Shown in pieces: positions 1 through 11,875 of a DNA stretch of 64,000 nt; position 1 is the stretch's first letter, and each line of letters starts with the position of its first letter. The stretch lies in assembly GCF_009834535.1 (NCBI RefSeq), contig NC_045696.1, forward strand, positions 39,806,001 through 39,870,000. Direction: 5' to 3'. The notes under the pieces were generated by a model. That model saw nothing but the letters and a program-made list of their open reading frames with translations, was not told the DNA's origin and searched no databases. Position numbers and translations under genes: made by a program. Source of the DNA: Camelus ferus. Taxonomy: Eukaryota.

Positions 1-1370
1 ATAAAGCTTTTCTCTTCCCCAGCAGTGATTTTGAGTACCAGCTTCCAGAGATTTATTTGACATTGAATCTAAGCTTTGTGATCAGTATTTAGTAGGAGAA
101 GAGGAGGAATTACTTATCCTTTTGCATACATTAGCATGCAAATAAATCCTTTCTCTGCACAGTGGAAGGGTCTGAAATGACTGCATTTACAATGTATCTT
201 TTATCAGTGGCTCTGAAAACAAAAGTTGCTTTGAAGAATCCACATTTAGAGGCCTTCTCTAAACATTTACAGTGCTTCTTTTTCTTAGGATTAGTACTTC
301 TATCTACTGTCATTTTTAACAAAAGGAGAATTATGAATTAGGTAATTTATTCATTACTTACAACCCTCCAGTCTCTCCCAAATGTTTTAACATGGCCTGC
401 ACTGATATATATGTATACAATAAAGCTTCAGATTTAAACAGAAAATTGAAACTACCAAAAGAGAATATCTGCATCTATTTGTCAGGCCTGGAGCAGTTAC
501 TGTTTGCTGCTAAAGTTTCTTCTACAGATGCAAGAAAAAAGTGTTCTGGCACTTTCCGTCTGTCTGATTTGGCAGCCAAGATTAAATGGGGGATTATAAG
601 GGAAAAAACATGGTAATATAGGGAAAAACATGGGAGTTTTTGCAAGTCAGAATTGAACTTATAAACAGCGATGAGCCTGTTTTACTCCAAAGAAGAGCCC
701 CAAATTTGGGTTTAAGAAACAAACAAGTAAACAAACTGCAAAGATAATATAACTCACACATTGAATTCACATGGATACATGACTGATCTTTTAGTCTGGG
801 GTTTTTGTTTTTTGTTTTTTTGTTGTTTTGGCAGTCCAGGCTAAATCAGGACGAACCACTTCAATCTCATTTGATTAACAGAAACATAAGATCATTTCCA
901 GTGTGATAAGTTTTTCTGTATTAACATTTAAAGGAAAGTTATTCCAAGCGATCATACATAAGGGGCATTGTCTACAGACTGTGGCTACTGTTGTTTGAAG
1001 TCTAGGGGAATATTCAATGGTATCAGATGTTTGTTGGCTGAGAAATTATCAGCTGATACCATTGGCTGCTATGCTGTATACTGCAGGCAATAAGATTTGA
1101 GAATGTTTGCTAACACACTAAGCAGTGAAGAGGACGACTGATTCTAAATTTCAAAACTCTTTACCAGTGGTAAGCTGAGTTGGAATTCTTAAAATTATTA
1201 TTGGGTTTATGTTTCTCTCTCTAGCTGTACATTTTTACTGATTTGCAAAATGCTCTTTACATATTCAGGATGTCAATCTTCTCTGATATTAAGCAAATAA
1301 TTTTTCTAAATTCATTGTTTGCTTATTAATAATTTCTGAATTTGTATCAAACATGACAGCGAATCTGATG

Positions 1371-1569
1371 TAGGAGTTCTCAATCAGGGGTTATTTTGTA
1401 CCCCAAAGGACATTTGGCAATCTCTGGAGACATTTTTGGTTGTCACAACTGGAGGAAGGGTGATTAGAGGACAGGAATGCTGCTAGACATCTTATAATGC
1501 ACAAGGTACTCTCACAACAAAGAATTATCCAACCCCAAAGTTCAGTAATGCTCAAGTTGAGAAACTCTG
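1371..1569 (+). mobile_element. MER20 (hAT-Charlie MITE)
   Basis: Matches the recalled MER20 consensus: GTTCTCAA...GGACATTTGGCAATCTCTGGAGACATTTTTGGTTGTCACAACTGG...ACAACAAAGAATTATCC...GTTGAGAAACTCTG. Confidence 0.9.
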
Positions 1570-2094
1570 ATTTAAACAATTATCCTGGTATATTATTTTT
1601 TCCAGTAGTTTCCTATTATTAAAAGAGAATGGGAAGATTTCCCCAGAATTTTCCAAGAGTAGGTTATCTCTTTATTTCCTGATCCTTTAAAACTTACTTG
1701 CTAAACAGCCATAAACTGGCTGAGAAAAGCCAGATGAAATCAACCATATGATTTTTCTGTGATGAATTAAAGTCAGTGTTGTGATTTTACAAGCCTTGCA
1801 GAGAAAACTGGTCAAAACGTAAGGCAGGCCCTCACATTAAACTCCCTAAGCTGGCAATCCTTCCCTAGAAGACTTCTCTATTGAAAATCCTTGACCTGCA
1901 CATGACTGCCTTCCTAGTCCACAGGCAACCTTCCCCAGACAACTTGTCTACTCTTACTAGCAAGCCTATCATTGGCAGAGTTACGCTGTTTGCTCTTTGC
2001 TGTTTTCAGTGTCAGAGACCTGATCGCAAGTCCTTGTTTCTCCATGACCTGGTCCTTATCTTTTCCATGCTGAATTCCATTAAAAAAAAAAAAA

Positions 2095-2540
2095 ATTAGC
2101 AAATTTATTGAGATATAATTGACATAAAATAAATTTCACCTACGTAGTTTGTTACAACTTGGTAAATGTTGACATGTGTATATACTTATGAAGCCTTCAC
2201 CACAATCAAGATCATAAACGTATTCTTCACCCTCAAGAGTTTCTTTTGCCATTTTGTAATTCCTCCCTCTCCTCTTTCACTGCTTCCTCCTGTCATCCTT
2301 GGGCAACCTCTGATCTGCTTTGTGTCAGTACAGATTAGTTTGCATTTTCTAAGAATTTTACACAACTGGAAGAGACACATAGAATTTTTTTTTTTTTGGT
2401 CTGATTTCTTTTACTCAGCATAATTATCTTGAGATATATTCATGCTGTTAAGAGTATCAATAGTTTAGTCCCTTTTATTCTGAGTAGTATTCGATCATAT
2501 GGATAAACCACAATTTATTTATCCATTCATTTCATCCAGT
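2095..2540 (-). mobile_element. LINE-1 3' UTR fragment (L1MB-type)
   Basis: TTTATTGAGATATAATTGACATA...CACCACAATCAAGAT...GCAACCTCTGATCTGCTTT...TTTTACTCAGCATAATT...TTTATCCATTCA is typical antisense L1MB 3' end. Confidence 0.85.
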
Positions 2541-4183
2541 TATAAATCCAATAAACTCTACAGAGTGGGTAAAAAAGAGATATTAAAGTACAATACCTTT
2601 TGGAATTTCTCTTTCTGTAATACAGCTTTACGCTATCTCTTTATGCTTATTTCTGTAAGTATTTGAAAATAAATTTATATCATGTAAATTAAAAGGGTTT
2701 ATTGGATCCAGATGGTAAATTGTAGTGATTGTTTTTTTCTGGTATACTGAGGGATAACCAAGGAAAACTCCCTGAAATTCTAATCTCTACTTAACCAAAA
2801 ATATTGCTGGATTATAAGTACGTTTTGAACTTTGATATCTCACTTTCAACAGTATTTTATCAAAACTAATATTTGGGATGAAAATCAGAACAACCACCAC
2901 TAGCACCATAGAAACAATAAAAATGAAGGGAAGAATGACAACATTCACCACCTGAACAATCAGCTGTTTTTGATTTGAGAAATCCTGGTCTAAACAATCA
3001 TCCTCATATATTATTTTTTCCAGTAGCTACCCTATTTTTAAAAGAGAAATGTGAAGATTTCCTCAGAATTTTCACCTAAATCATCAGCTATTTTTTCCTC
3101 ACATATTTTAAAGCAATTGGTCTTAGATTCTCAGCTTGAGGGAACGAGATTCATTTTACTTGGAGAGTGGGAAGCAGGAGGAAGATAAAAATCACTCAGG
3201 AAACATAAAGGACTTGGCCTGTTAAGTTGAGTAACTGCCCAGCTTAAAATTGGGATAATGAACTGCCTTCTCTACCTGGATGAAGTATTTCTCATGCTTC
3301 AGATTTCAGGACTCTTTTGGATGGCTTCCATCTCTCCAAACAGTTGCAAGTGAAACACGAGAAAATCTGCTTCCCACAGGCTGGGTGATTTAGCAGGTGT
3401 TGACTAACCATCGGCCAGGAGATGGGAGCAATCTTTTTTGATCTTACAAGTTCACCCTTCCTTTCAACTGGCTTTAAGAGCTTTCAGTCATGGTGCCCAT
3501 GAGTTCTACACTGAAGGATGCATGTCAAAGATCCTAAAACAGTAAACAATTTCTGGCTGGTAAGGAGTTTTTGAACAGAAAGAAATCTGTCACACTGGAA
3601 GCTCTTCTGTCTGTGAGTGGTTCAGTGGAAGCAGGCAGGGCAGGGAAAGACTCCTCCACAGACAGCGTCCCCACTGAACTCCCACACGTTCCTGGCCATG
3701 TGTGAGTATCGAACCCTGGGGCCTCATTATGGAATCTTTCCTATCACTGCAACAGTTAAAAAATTTAGCATGTCTTACAATTTTTAAAACACTATTCAAT
3801 TAACCATCCATTGGTAGACCTAATAGATTGGATTAGGTCTAAGATATTCTCACAGAAACTGATTATAACAAAAATTTAAATTCTACCAACTCTTTATGGA
3901 AAATTCATACAAGCATCATTTTTTTTAAATAAAAGGCTCACTTCTTATCTTTTACTATTGGAAAATGAAAAATACATTTTTCTAATATTTCTAAGAAATA
4001 CTAAAGGACCCACCCAACTCCCAGGCTACTCACTGTTTTTCCTCTTAATTGCTTTTACATCAGGTCCAAGTCTGAGTGTTTGCACTTGACACATGCTTGA
4101 TAAACTCTGCCAGGTCAAAGGATGCTTGTCTGTTTTACATTCCTCAGCCTGTGAAGCATTTTTTTCTGCTTCACATGCCTGAA

Positions 4184-4196
4184 GGGGCAAAGGTCA
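4184..4196 (+). promoter_or_regulatory. Nuclear-receptor DR1 motif (HNF4/PPAR-RXR/COUP-TF type)
   Basis: GGGGCA-A-AGGTCA is a near-consensus DR1 in apparently non-repeat sequence. Motif match only; function is untested. Confidence 0.3.
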
Positions 4197-4629
4197 AACC
4201 TCCTCAGCTGCAGATGAGGTCATCCTTGCTGATGGTCTGCAGCTGATCACAATAAAAACAGGGTCTCCCCTGTGAGCAGTCCTCCCCATTTAGGAGCAGT
4301 GATGTCATCCCTGGTGAGACAGGATGAGACATGCAACTTCGTTTAAATTGAACTACATAAATTTTTCTTGTGACTACACTGCATCCTTTTATTTATTTAG
4401 TAGGAGGACTGGTTTGGTTATCATTTCAAATTAAAAAAAAAAACAGACATATGAAATAAAGGAAGCTTCTATTTTACAAGTCATCCTTCATATTTAGGGA
4501 AAGCCAGATAAAAATGCCATTTTTCTATGTCGAAATGAAGGAATATTGGCAGTCTCCCGTGGCTCATCCTTGTACGTCCAAATCACCTACCTCCAAGAAC
4601 AGCACATGTTCTTTCCCGGGTTCCAGACG

Positions 4630-4795
4630 CAGGCAGAACTTAGTTTGAATTCTACCTCTGCCATTTACTATCTGGGTGACCTTAAAACCTTCAGGGTTAA
4701 TTTCTAAGCCTTACTTTATTCAACTGGTTAAAGTGCAGAAAATAATGTGTACCTCACCAGGTTGTATTTAACATGTTTAAAGTGCTTAGAAGTAT
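4630..4795 (+). mobile_element. MIR SINE
   Basis: TTTGAATTCTACCTCTGCCATTTACTATCTGGGTGACCTT...ATAAT...TACCTCACCAGGTTGT...AAAGTGCTTAGAA. Confidence 0.75.
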
Positions 4796-4845
4796 TCAAT
4801 CCACGTTGTTAGTAACAACAGCAGTAGTACTGGTGGTGTAGCAGT

Positions 4846-5330
4846 GTAGGTCCCTTAACCAAAGTCCTCAGGGTCAGATGTGTTTTATAATTTATCACTT
4901 TTCAGATTTTAGAAAGATGCTTTGGTGCTTATACTCAGGACCAGCTATACAGTTTGCAGGGCCCTGTGCAAAATGCAAAATGCAAAATGTTTTGTTCAAA
5001 AGTTATTAAGGATTTCAAGATAGCGACAGCAGAGCTTTAAGCCAAGTGCAGGACCTTTCTAAGTGTGGGGCCCTGTGTGACCGCCCTGCTTACACAGTAT
5101 TGAGATATACACACCCACAGCAAGGGGCTGAGAGCAGGAATGAAACACATTCACATTTTTCTAGTGAAATGTGTGAATAGTCACACCAAGTGTGAAGATA
5201 AAGATAGATACCTCGTGTCAGTTTAGGTCAGGTTTACCACCAAATGAGTTTACTATAAACTAATGAAAACCTTAATGGTTTTCAGAGTTTTTGGATTTTG
5301 GAAATTCAGATAAGGGATTAAGGTGGTACT
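4846..5330 (-). mobile_element. MER46C-like (TcMar-Tigger) element, interrupted by MER45A
   Basis: TIR remnants TCCCTTA...TAAGGGA. Internal GTCAGTTTAGGTCAGGTTT...CCAAATGAGTTT and TTTTCAGAG.TTTTTGGATTTTGGAA match the recalled consensus. Confidence 0.8.
4936..5088 (-). mobile_element. MER45A (hAT-Tip100 MITE)
   Basis: CAGGACCAGCTA...GGGCCCTGTGCAAAATG...GTTCAAAAGTTATTAAGGATTTCAAGA...GCAGAGC...GGGGCCCTGTG...CCCTG. Degenerate 8-bp TSD CTTATACT/CTTACACA. Confidence 0.85.
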
Positions 5331-7448
5331 TGCATTGTACTTTCCAGGCCAGCCACACACTGGGCATTTATGTGATAGACCTAAAGATTAGTCAGAGAAC
5401 ACTGAAGCCAAGGGAAACTGAGTTTGGATCCTGTTCTGACATATATTAGCTGTGGGACTTCAGGCAAGACAAACTGGAGGCAGAGGTAAAGGTGGCTCTC
5501 ACTTCAGGGGAAGGAACCTAGGAGGAGGGGAGAGGAGGGTTGAGAGGGAAATTAAAGCCTTTAGTGGTGGTTGGAAGGGCAGCAAGCTCCTAAAATCAAC
5601 AAGAGAACTTAAAAAACAAAACAAAATAAAAACCCTACAATTTTTGACTTCCTCTTCTATTTAGCTGGAATCCTGCTTTCACGCATTTTCCTCTAATGCC
5701 TTTTCATGATGTTGTTAAAATTGTCATGCTAACATATTTTCTTTACAAATGTGCTCAAAATACAGGATGCGCTCAGATGGACTAACTGGGCCTCCTGTCT
5801 GAGCACCCACCCTAGAGTTTGAGTCTTTATTGAAATTTACCATTTTTGAAAAAAAAAAAAAAGCAGTTGAATCCATGGGTAATAGGGGCTTGGACTCTGG
5901 GCTCCTATTCATATATGTGACTTATTTATCAGGGGCTATATACATGTAATATCCAACTAATTACCCAACAGAATGATCCCTGAGATAAGAAGTTTTAATG
6001 AAATGAAACCAAATGTAAGTATATGTTTATATCTTACTCACAATGCGGAAAGCAGATTATTTTGGTATGTATCATATACACTAAGTTATTAATATATCAT
6101 CTTATTAGAACATGAAATAAATGGGATGAATTTTTTAAGTTTAAGAGAATGGAATTTTAGTGGAAAATTGAAAAACAGAAATGAACAAAAAAGTAGTTGC
6201 ACAGACATGCACCAGGAAAAAATACTGGTTTTTAATATTCTTACAGAATAAGGAATAAGGCAGCTGATGAAATCATCCTAGTAGAACACAGGACTATGTA
6301 ATCATTTCAAGCATGTTGGATTGAGAAAATTAAGGGCAGGACCTGTATCCCACTCATTTGCTTCCTAGAAAATGAGGCTGCCTGAGAAAGAAAGCATGAC
6401 CAACTCCAATTATCTTTCACAAGCAGCATGTGCAATTGTGTTATCATTCAATAGAAGTTCAAAGTGGGAAAGTATCTTATTAGAGTTGGGGACACACCAA
6501 GAACTTTCCCATTGAAACAAATGGATCTTCAGAGTGAACAGAAATATTCAGAAATAAGTATGTGTGCATTAAGATAGCTAAATGCTAGATGCAAAATGTT
6601 TGGACGTTAAGTCCCTCAATTAAGAAGCAGAAATGAACACAAAAAATCTGGTCACTGGGATCAAGAAAGGGGTGGATTTATTTGATAAGAACTGCAGGTG
6701 GCTACTTTCCTTGGGTGAGTGAAGTTTGGATGAATCACAAATTCTAAACCAACAATATAAGAAAGACCCAAGTAAGAAGATTTGTAAATAGTATCAACAA
6801 TACAAGATAGGCTTTAAAAAATACCTAATTGGCCTGATAAAATAATAACATTTTTTCACCAAATACCCACAATCTGGGAGACTGCCTCTACCAGATGCTC
6901 ATTAAATGTCACCCTTTAGTCCTCAGGCTAGAGAGGCTTGGGTCGGCCATTTCCCATGACTGTCCCCTCCTGGCCTCAGGCTGCACATGGTCACCTATTC
7001 TGACAGTTTTCTTTCTTTTATCTTTAATAAGGTTAGAGGTTTTCAAAAGTCACTAGGAGTCAAGAAAGTTTCAACCAACCAGCCAACGTCCCCAAATGTA
7101 AAGAATCTGCATTGTAAAGCTTCTTACCCAAACTTGACTGCATCCCATTCCACATGGCTGTGTCCCAAGAGGCACCCATCTGTGCCTTTACCTTCCTGAG
7201 AGACTAACAGACTCCCCATATCTGCTGAAGTGCTTTCTTATTTTGTGGGACGTGCGGGATAATTCTGTTACTAACCTTTAATGGGAGAAGCCTCATGCTT
7301 CCCGACATCTTGAGATGTGGAATCTCTACGTTTTCACTGTCGTGACGGTCTTCCTCTTTCCAATTTAAGATTGTTTGGGTTTCACTCCTTCTCTCCTTTT
7401 TGCTGCTATGTCTGCAATACAAAGTTCTTCATCTTAAGAATAGCCACA

Positions 7449-7584
7449 GGGTGGCAAGAGAGGCTATAGCTCAGTGGTAGAGCGCACGCTTACCGTGTAT
7501 GAGGTCCTGGATTCAATCCCCAGTACCTATAAATAAATAAATGCCGAATTACACCCCCCCCCAAACAAAACAAACAAACAAAAG
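7449..7584 (+). mobile_element. tRNA-derived SINE (camelid Vic-1 type)
   Basis: A-box TAGCTCAGTGG and B-box GATTCAATCC, then (AAAT)n, a C-run and an A-rich tail. 13-bp TSD AAGAA(T/C)AGCCACA at 7436-7448 and 7585-7597. Confidence 0.9.
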
Positions 7585-7597
7585 AAGAACAGCCACA

Positions 7598-7790
7598 CTT
7601 GCATAGCACAAACTCTGTGCCAGGCACTGTTCTGAGTCACATTCCTTTACTCATTTAGCCTCACTCATCCTCCATCTTAAAAGTGAGGACACTGAGTCTG
7701 AGAGAGAGATGTAACTCATCACTCAACGTGGCACCACTACCAAGTGGCAGAACCCCCGTTTCAACCCCGCAGTCCACTGCCACGTGCTCT
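7598..7790 (-). mobile_element. MIR SINE
   Basis: TGTGCCAGGCACTGTTCT...CTCATTTA...TGAGGACACTGAG...AAGTGGCAGA...TTCAACCCC.CAGTC. Confidence 0.75.
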
Positions 7791-8499
7791 CACCTTACCA
7801 GACTTTCCTTCCTTCTACTATTATTTTCCTCTGTGCCTTTAGCCCTGGGTCATTTTATCCCCTCATGTGTAGAAAGTCTTCAATTTTTATAACAAGCAGA
7901 AATAAAGGCTAAATGTATTTTGAGGTCCTTTTAACTTTTTCTAAATCAGATAGTTTCTATCTCTATCACCATGGACATAGTTTTCCCTCAACAACCCAGC
8001 CTCTCTTGTGTGCAATATGGGGATTTTAATAACTGCATCACAGGGTTCTTGTGACATGTGATATTGTTAAAGCAGGACTGAGCTCACCCCTCTAGACTGC
8101 CGTGATGCGACTTCTTACTTGGCACCCTAGACTCCAGAATCTTGATTTCAGTGGTCAGTTAGCGTCTACCCAGTCCAAGAATCTATTTAACCAATACCTG
8201 GAAGGACTCTTGATTTTAGAACTTTTGAAACACAAAACATTTTTTTTTCAAATCATTCTACTCATTTTTGGTATTTAATTACATACAGCTTCTTATCATA
8301 TGTACCACATATCAATTTACTGTCTGTCAGCTCCAAATTTACTCTCCAGTATCTACTCTGTGAGAAAGGATGGAATTCCTGTGACCATGTCTCCTTTACA
8401 GTGAGGAAGCTGTTCAGCTCTCTCAGTAGAGGGCGCTACAAGGACAGAGCAGGAGGAAGGCAATCTTCTGCTTGCAGAGACTGCAAAGTCAGGGCGTGT

Positions 8500-9091
8500 G
8501 TGAGTGTGTGAAAACAGAGTCGTGCTCTGCCCCAGCCAGGAACCTGGAATGTGTGACCCCTCGTCACCCTCACAGCTCCAGCCCAGGTGGTGGTCACTTT
8601 CCTGCATCCTTCTCAACATAGACAACTCTGCACTCTGGGATTCCTGGTCCCATGACCTCTGCTCCCTCAGCACACTCATGTCCCTGGACACTAGCTGATG
8701 TTCACCTGTACCCTGCTTGGGCCTGGAGGGCTGTCCCTGCCTGTCAGTGTGCCGCCTGGGGCAAGCCTGCTTCCCAGATTGCTTCCTACTCGCCCAGCGA
8801 CAATAGACCAGATTTTGGTCCAGGCAAACCAGCCACCTTCCCTGCCATGCTATGGGCTACAACCTCACCTTCTCCAGGGGGGTTTGAGCTCACTCAGCCC
8901 TGGGGGAAGGGCCTCTTTCCAAATCTGACCTTCCTCAGATACTAGCTCTCTCAGCCCTAGGGTACCATCTACAGTTTTGAAAATACCTTGCAGCTACTCT
9001 TTGGTCATCGCTTCATAATCCTTTAATGTTAAACTTTCCTATTTAAATCACTGTGTGGTTTACGTCTCTTAATTGGACCTGAACTGCTACA
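8500..9091 (+). mobile_element. ERVL-class LTR remnant (LTR41/LTR52-like 3' end); 5' boundary uncertain
   Basis: 3' end TTAAACTTTCC...ACTGTGTGGTTT.CGTCTC...ATTGGACCTGAACTGCTACA resembles ERVL LTR termini. Confidence 0.5.
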
Positions 9092-9563
9092 TGATATTTA
9101 TGTGCAACAAAACATGAAGAATATACGATGGGTTCTGGAGTCCGAACACTTCCTCCCCTCTAAGAGCTTACGACCTAACAGGTTTTTTTTTTTCTTTATC
9201 CATTTTTTTTTCTTTCTCCCTTCCTTCTTCCCTCCCTCTTTTTCTCTCCCCCTCTTTCAGTTCTGAAGATGGCTGGATAATGTGGGACTGCACCATCTCT
9301 CTCTAACCTGAGAGTGCTAGCCTGGTGTTCTGCTCAAAAGACTCCACTTTCTTTTCCCCAGACTAACACGACCTCTGGTTGCTGTGACTGAGGAAGTAGC
9401 TTTAAAGCTTGTTTGGCAGGGAGCTTTTCCAGTCCTAGTGTCTCACAAGAAAAAGGACCCTCCTGTTCATGCAGCACCGTGACACTTACCGTGTCATTCC
9501 AATGCAGGATACAGCTCCTGCAGAAATCAGTCTCCTAATGTTTTGCAGTGTTAGAAATGCTGG

Positions 9564-9642
9564 CGTACACCTTACACTGTAAGCTGACTATACTTCACTT
9601 AAAAATAAATAAATTAAAAAAAAAAGTAGAATGTATTAAAAA
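9564..9642 (+). mobile_element. Very short L1 3'-terminal insertion (cetartiodactyl type)
   Basis: ACACTGTAAGCTGACTATACTTCA followed by an A-rich tail, flanked by TSD AAATGCTGG (9555-9563, 9643-9651). Confidence 0.75.
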
Positions 9643-11422
9643 AAATGCTGGAAAATAAAGCCATAAGGCATGGTGATATAAAGTGGGAAAACAGCAAGAC
9701 AATAAAAAAAACCCATAGCTCCCAAAGGACACATTATGAATGCCTATTTCTTAGAGGTTTCTGTTGATTGACAGTAGCTGGTTGTCTCTCATATGGAAGA
9801 GTTAAGGAGGAAATGTGAAGATTCCAGAATAAGCGCTGGATTGGGGCATTGAGGACGGAGTGCGCTGTGAATATGGAAGGAAAGCTCTTTGCACGTGAGG
9901 TGTTCTTTCACACTGCCTCAAGCGGCTCCCAGATGAGCCTTCTCGCCACGACCTCCCCCCAACCCCCGCCCCGGCCTTCTCTTTCCTGCTCCCGGGAGCA
10001 GCTGTGCTCTAGGCACAGGACAGCAAGGTCCCTGCTGTTCAACAGTCTGTACATGAGAAAGACAAGGTGGAAACATTCGCCTCATGCTTCCACCATGTAA
10101 GAATTAAATGGTGGGGGAAAAAAAGAGCATGAAGAGATTCCGTGCTTTTTCCTAGAACTGTACTCCCCCCTACTGGTGAAAGCCTGTAACTTTTTTTTCT
10201 CCCACCGATGCAGCTTTAAAAAGAAGTAATCGACTAGGTTTGTTGTTTCTGAACTCCAGGGAAACATTTGGTGTTTTCTTGCACATAAGGCATTGTTTTT
10301 GGAGCCTGACAAAATCTCCAAGGAAATCATCTTTTACTTTCTCACAGATTCAATTCTGAAATATTCTTGTCCAAACAATGCCGTAGTGTCTGGGGAGAGT
10401 CTGCATTTATTTACCAAATGAGCATCTCTCTCCCAGTGTATTTTATTTTCCAACTAATTATACTTTAGAAGGAAGCTCTTTCAATGTTTACCCTAGGAGA
10501 CTCTCTTTTTAGTCTCCCCAGAGAATGAACAGTGCAGATGTATTCCAGAGTTAAGAGGTATCTTGTATCAAATTCAGCTGACCTGGTAAGATCCTTGTGA
10601 CCTAAACTTGAGGCTATCCTATTTATTTCTGTCTTCTGAGTAAGTCAGAGGAAATGGGCTGTTCTAATGATTTACCTGAGAAACCCCAGAGGCGTTGCCT
10701 TATTAGACTCAAAGAGGATTTCTGAGCCCTATAATATCTACATAGTTTAACACTGGTGTGATCTTTGCATTAATATGAGCAGGAAGTAAGAAATCCATGT
10801 AAATAGAGGGAGAAAAAGGAAACTGACATTTGGATTCAATTCATCTGGACATTTTGATCAAGGCAGTGAGGTAAATAATTAAAACAATGTATTTACAGGC
10901 AGTTTTCGGAGTATTACTTGAAGACTGTTGCTGACCTAGTGGACTTGCATCATGTTTTATGTACATAAATGTTTAAATGCATCCTTATAGTACACTAATA
11001 ATTATTCCCAACTCAACTCCCAATTAATTTGGAAAGCTTGGTGTCCCCTTTCCACTGTTTTTCCTTCCTTTCATGTTTCGAATTGCATGTACACTTTCTC
11101 CTAAAACTAATACTGTTGTGGAGAGTATTAAAAGATGATTTTTAAAAAAATGTTAGAAGGGTGACTCTCATATAGAGATAAAACTGAATAGGTGTTACAG
11201 ATTTTATTCTACTCATTAACCAGTGAGGGTACCAGGCAGGTGTTATAACTAGTTCAAGAGAATCTGAAGAAACACATTTCTCAAACAGGAATATGGAAAT
11301 GAAGGTGCAGATGGAGGCAAAATCAGTTTTCCCACAGTAGGGGAAGAGAAATCAACTGAACCTCTACAGGACAGGGCACAATTTGTATGTCAATAGACAA
11401 GACTTATTTTACATTGTGACTA

Positions 11423-11875
11423 TGTGAAGGAAAAGCTGGGCTGGTCTAACAAGATAACTCACAGGTCTAGGAATGTGAAGGAGAGGCTGGGAAGGGGTTA
11501 AAAAGTCTAAGTATTGGAATACTGATCTGAGTTCTGCTGGACTAACTTGTAAATCTAAGTTAATTAGTGTTGGTTTGCTGTTTATGTTTTTTGCTAGCCA
11601 GCTGGATTTTCAAAGATACATATCTGGCTTTGGAATGTTGGTTTGCTGCCTCCCCGCCTCCACTTTTGTGATGATAATGCTGCTAAAGCTGTTCCATGCC
11701 TATTGGCCAAATACCCCAAGCTTGTACTTTACCCTATAAAACCTCATGTGCACATCTTGAAGGTGCTCAGAGCTTTGGAGCAGAAGCCCCTCTGAGCCCG
11801 CCGGCGTAATACATCTGAGTACTCCAACCCTCCGAGTGGTGCTTGTTTCTTGACTGGTCTGTCGTTTCCGTAACA
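11423..11875 (+). mobile_element. Solo LTR, ERV1-type, relatively young
   Basis: TG...CA ends with imperfect terminal inverted repeat (TGTGAAGGAAA / TTTCCGTAACA). 4-bp TSD ACTA, ATTGG box, CCTATAAAA TATA box, several retained CpGs. Confidence 0.85.

Noticed and set aside
4204..4246. Possible pre-miRNA hairpin
   Set aside because: The stem of about 11-12 bp is too short for a Drosha substrate.
7460..7530. tRNA-like sequence (also 21070-21140)
   Set aside because: It is a SINE head: it has an A-rich tail and TSDs, and the stems are degenerate.
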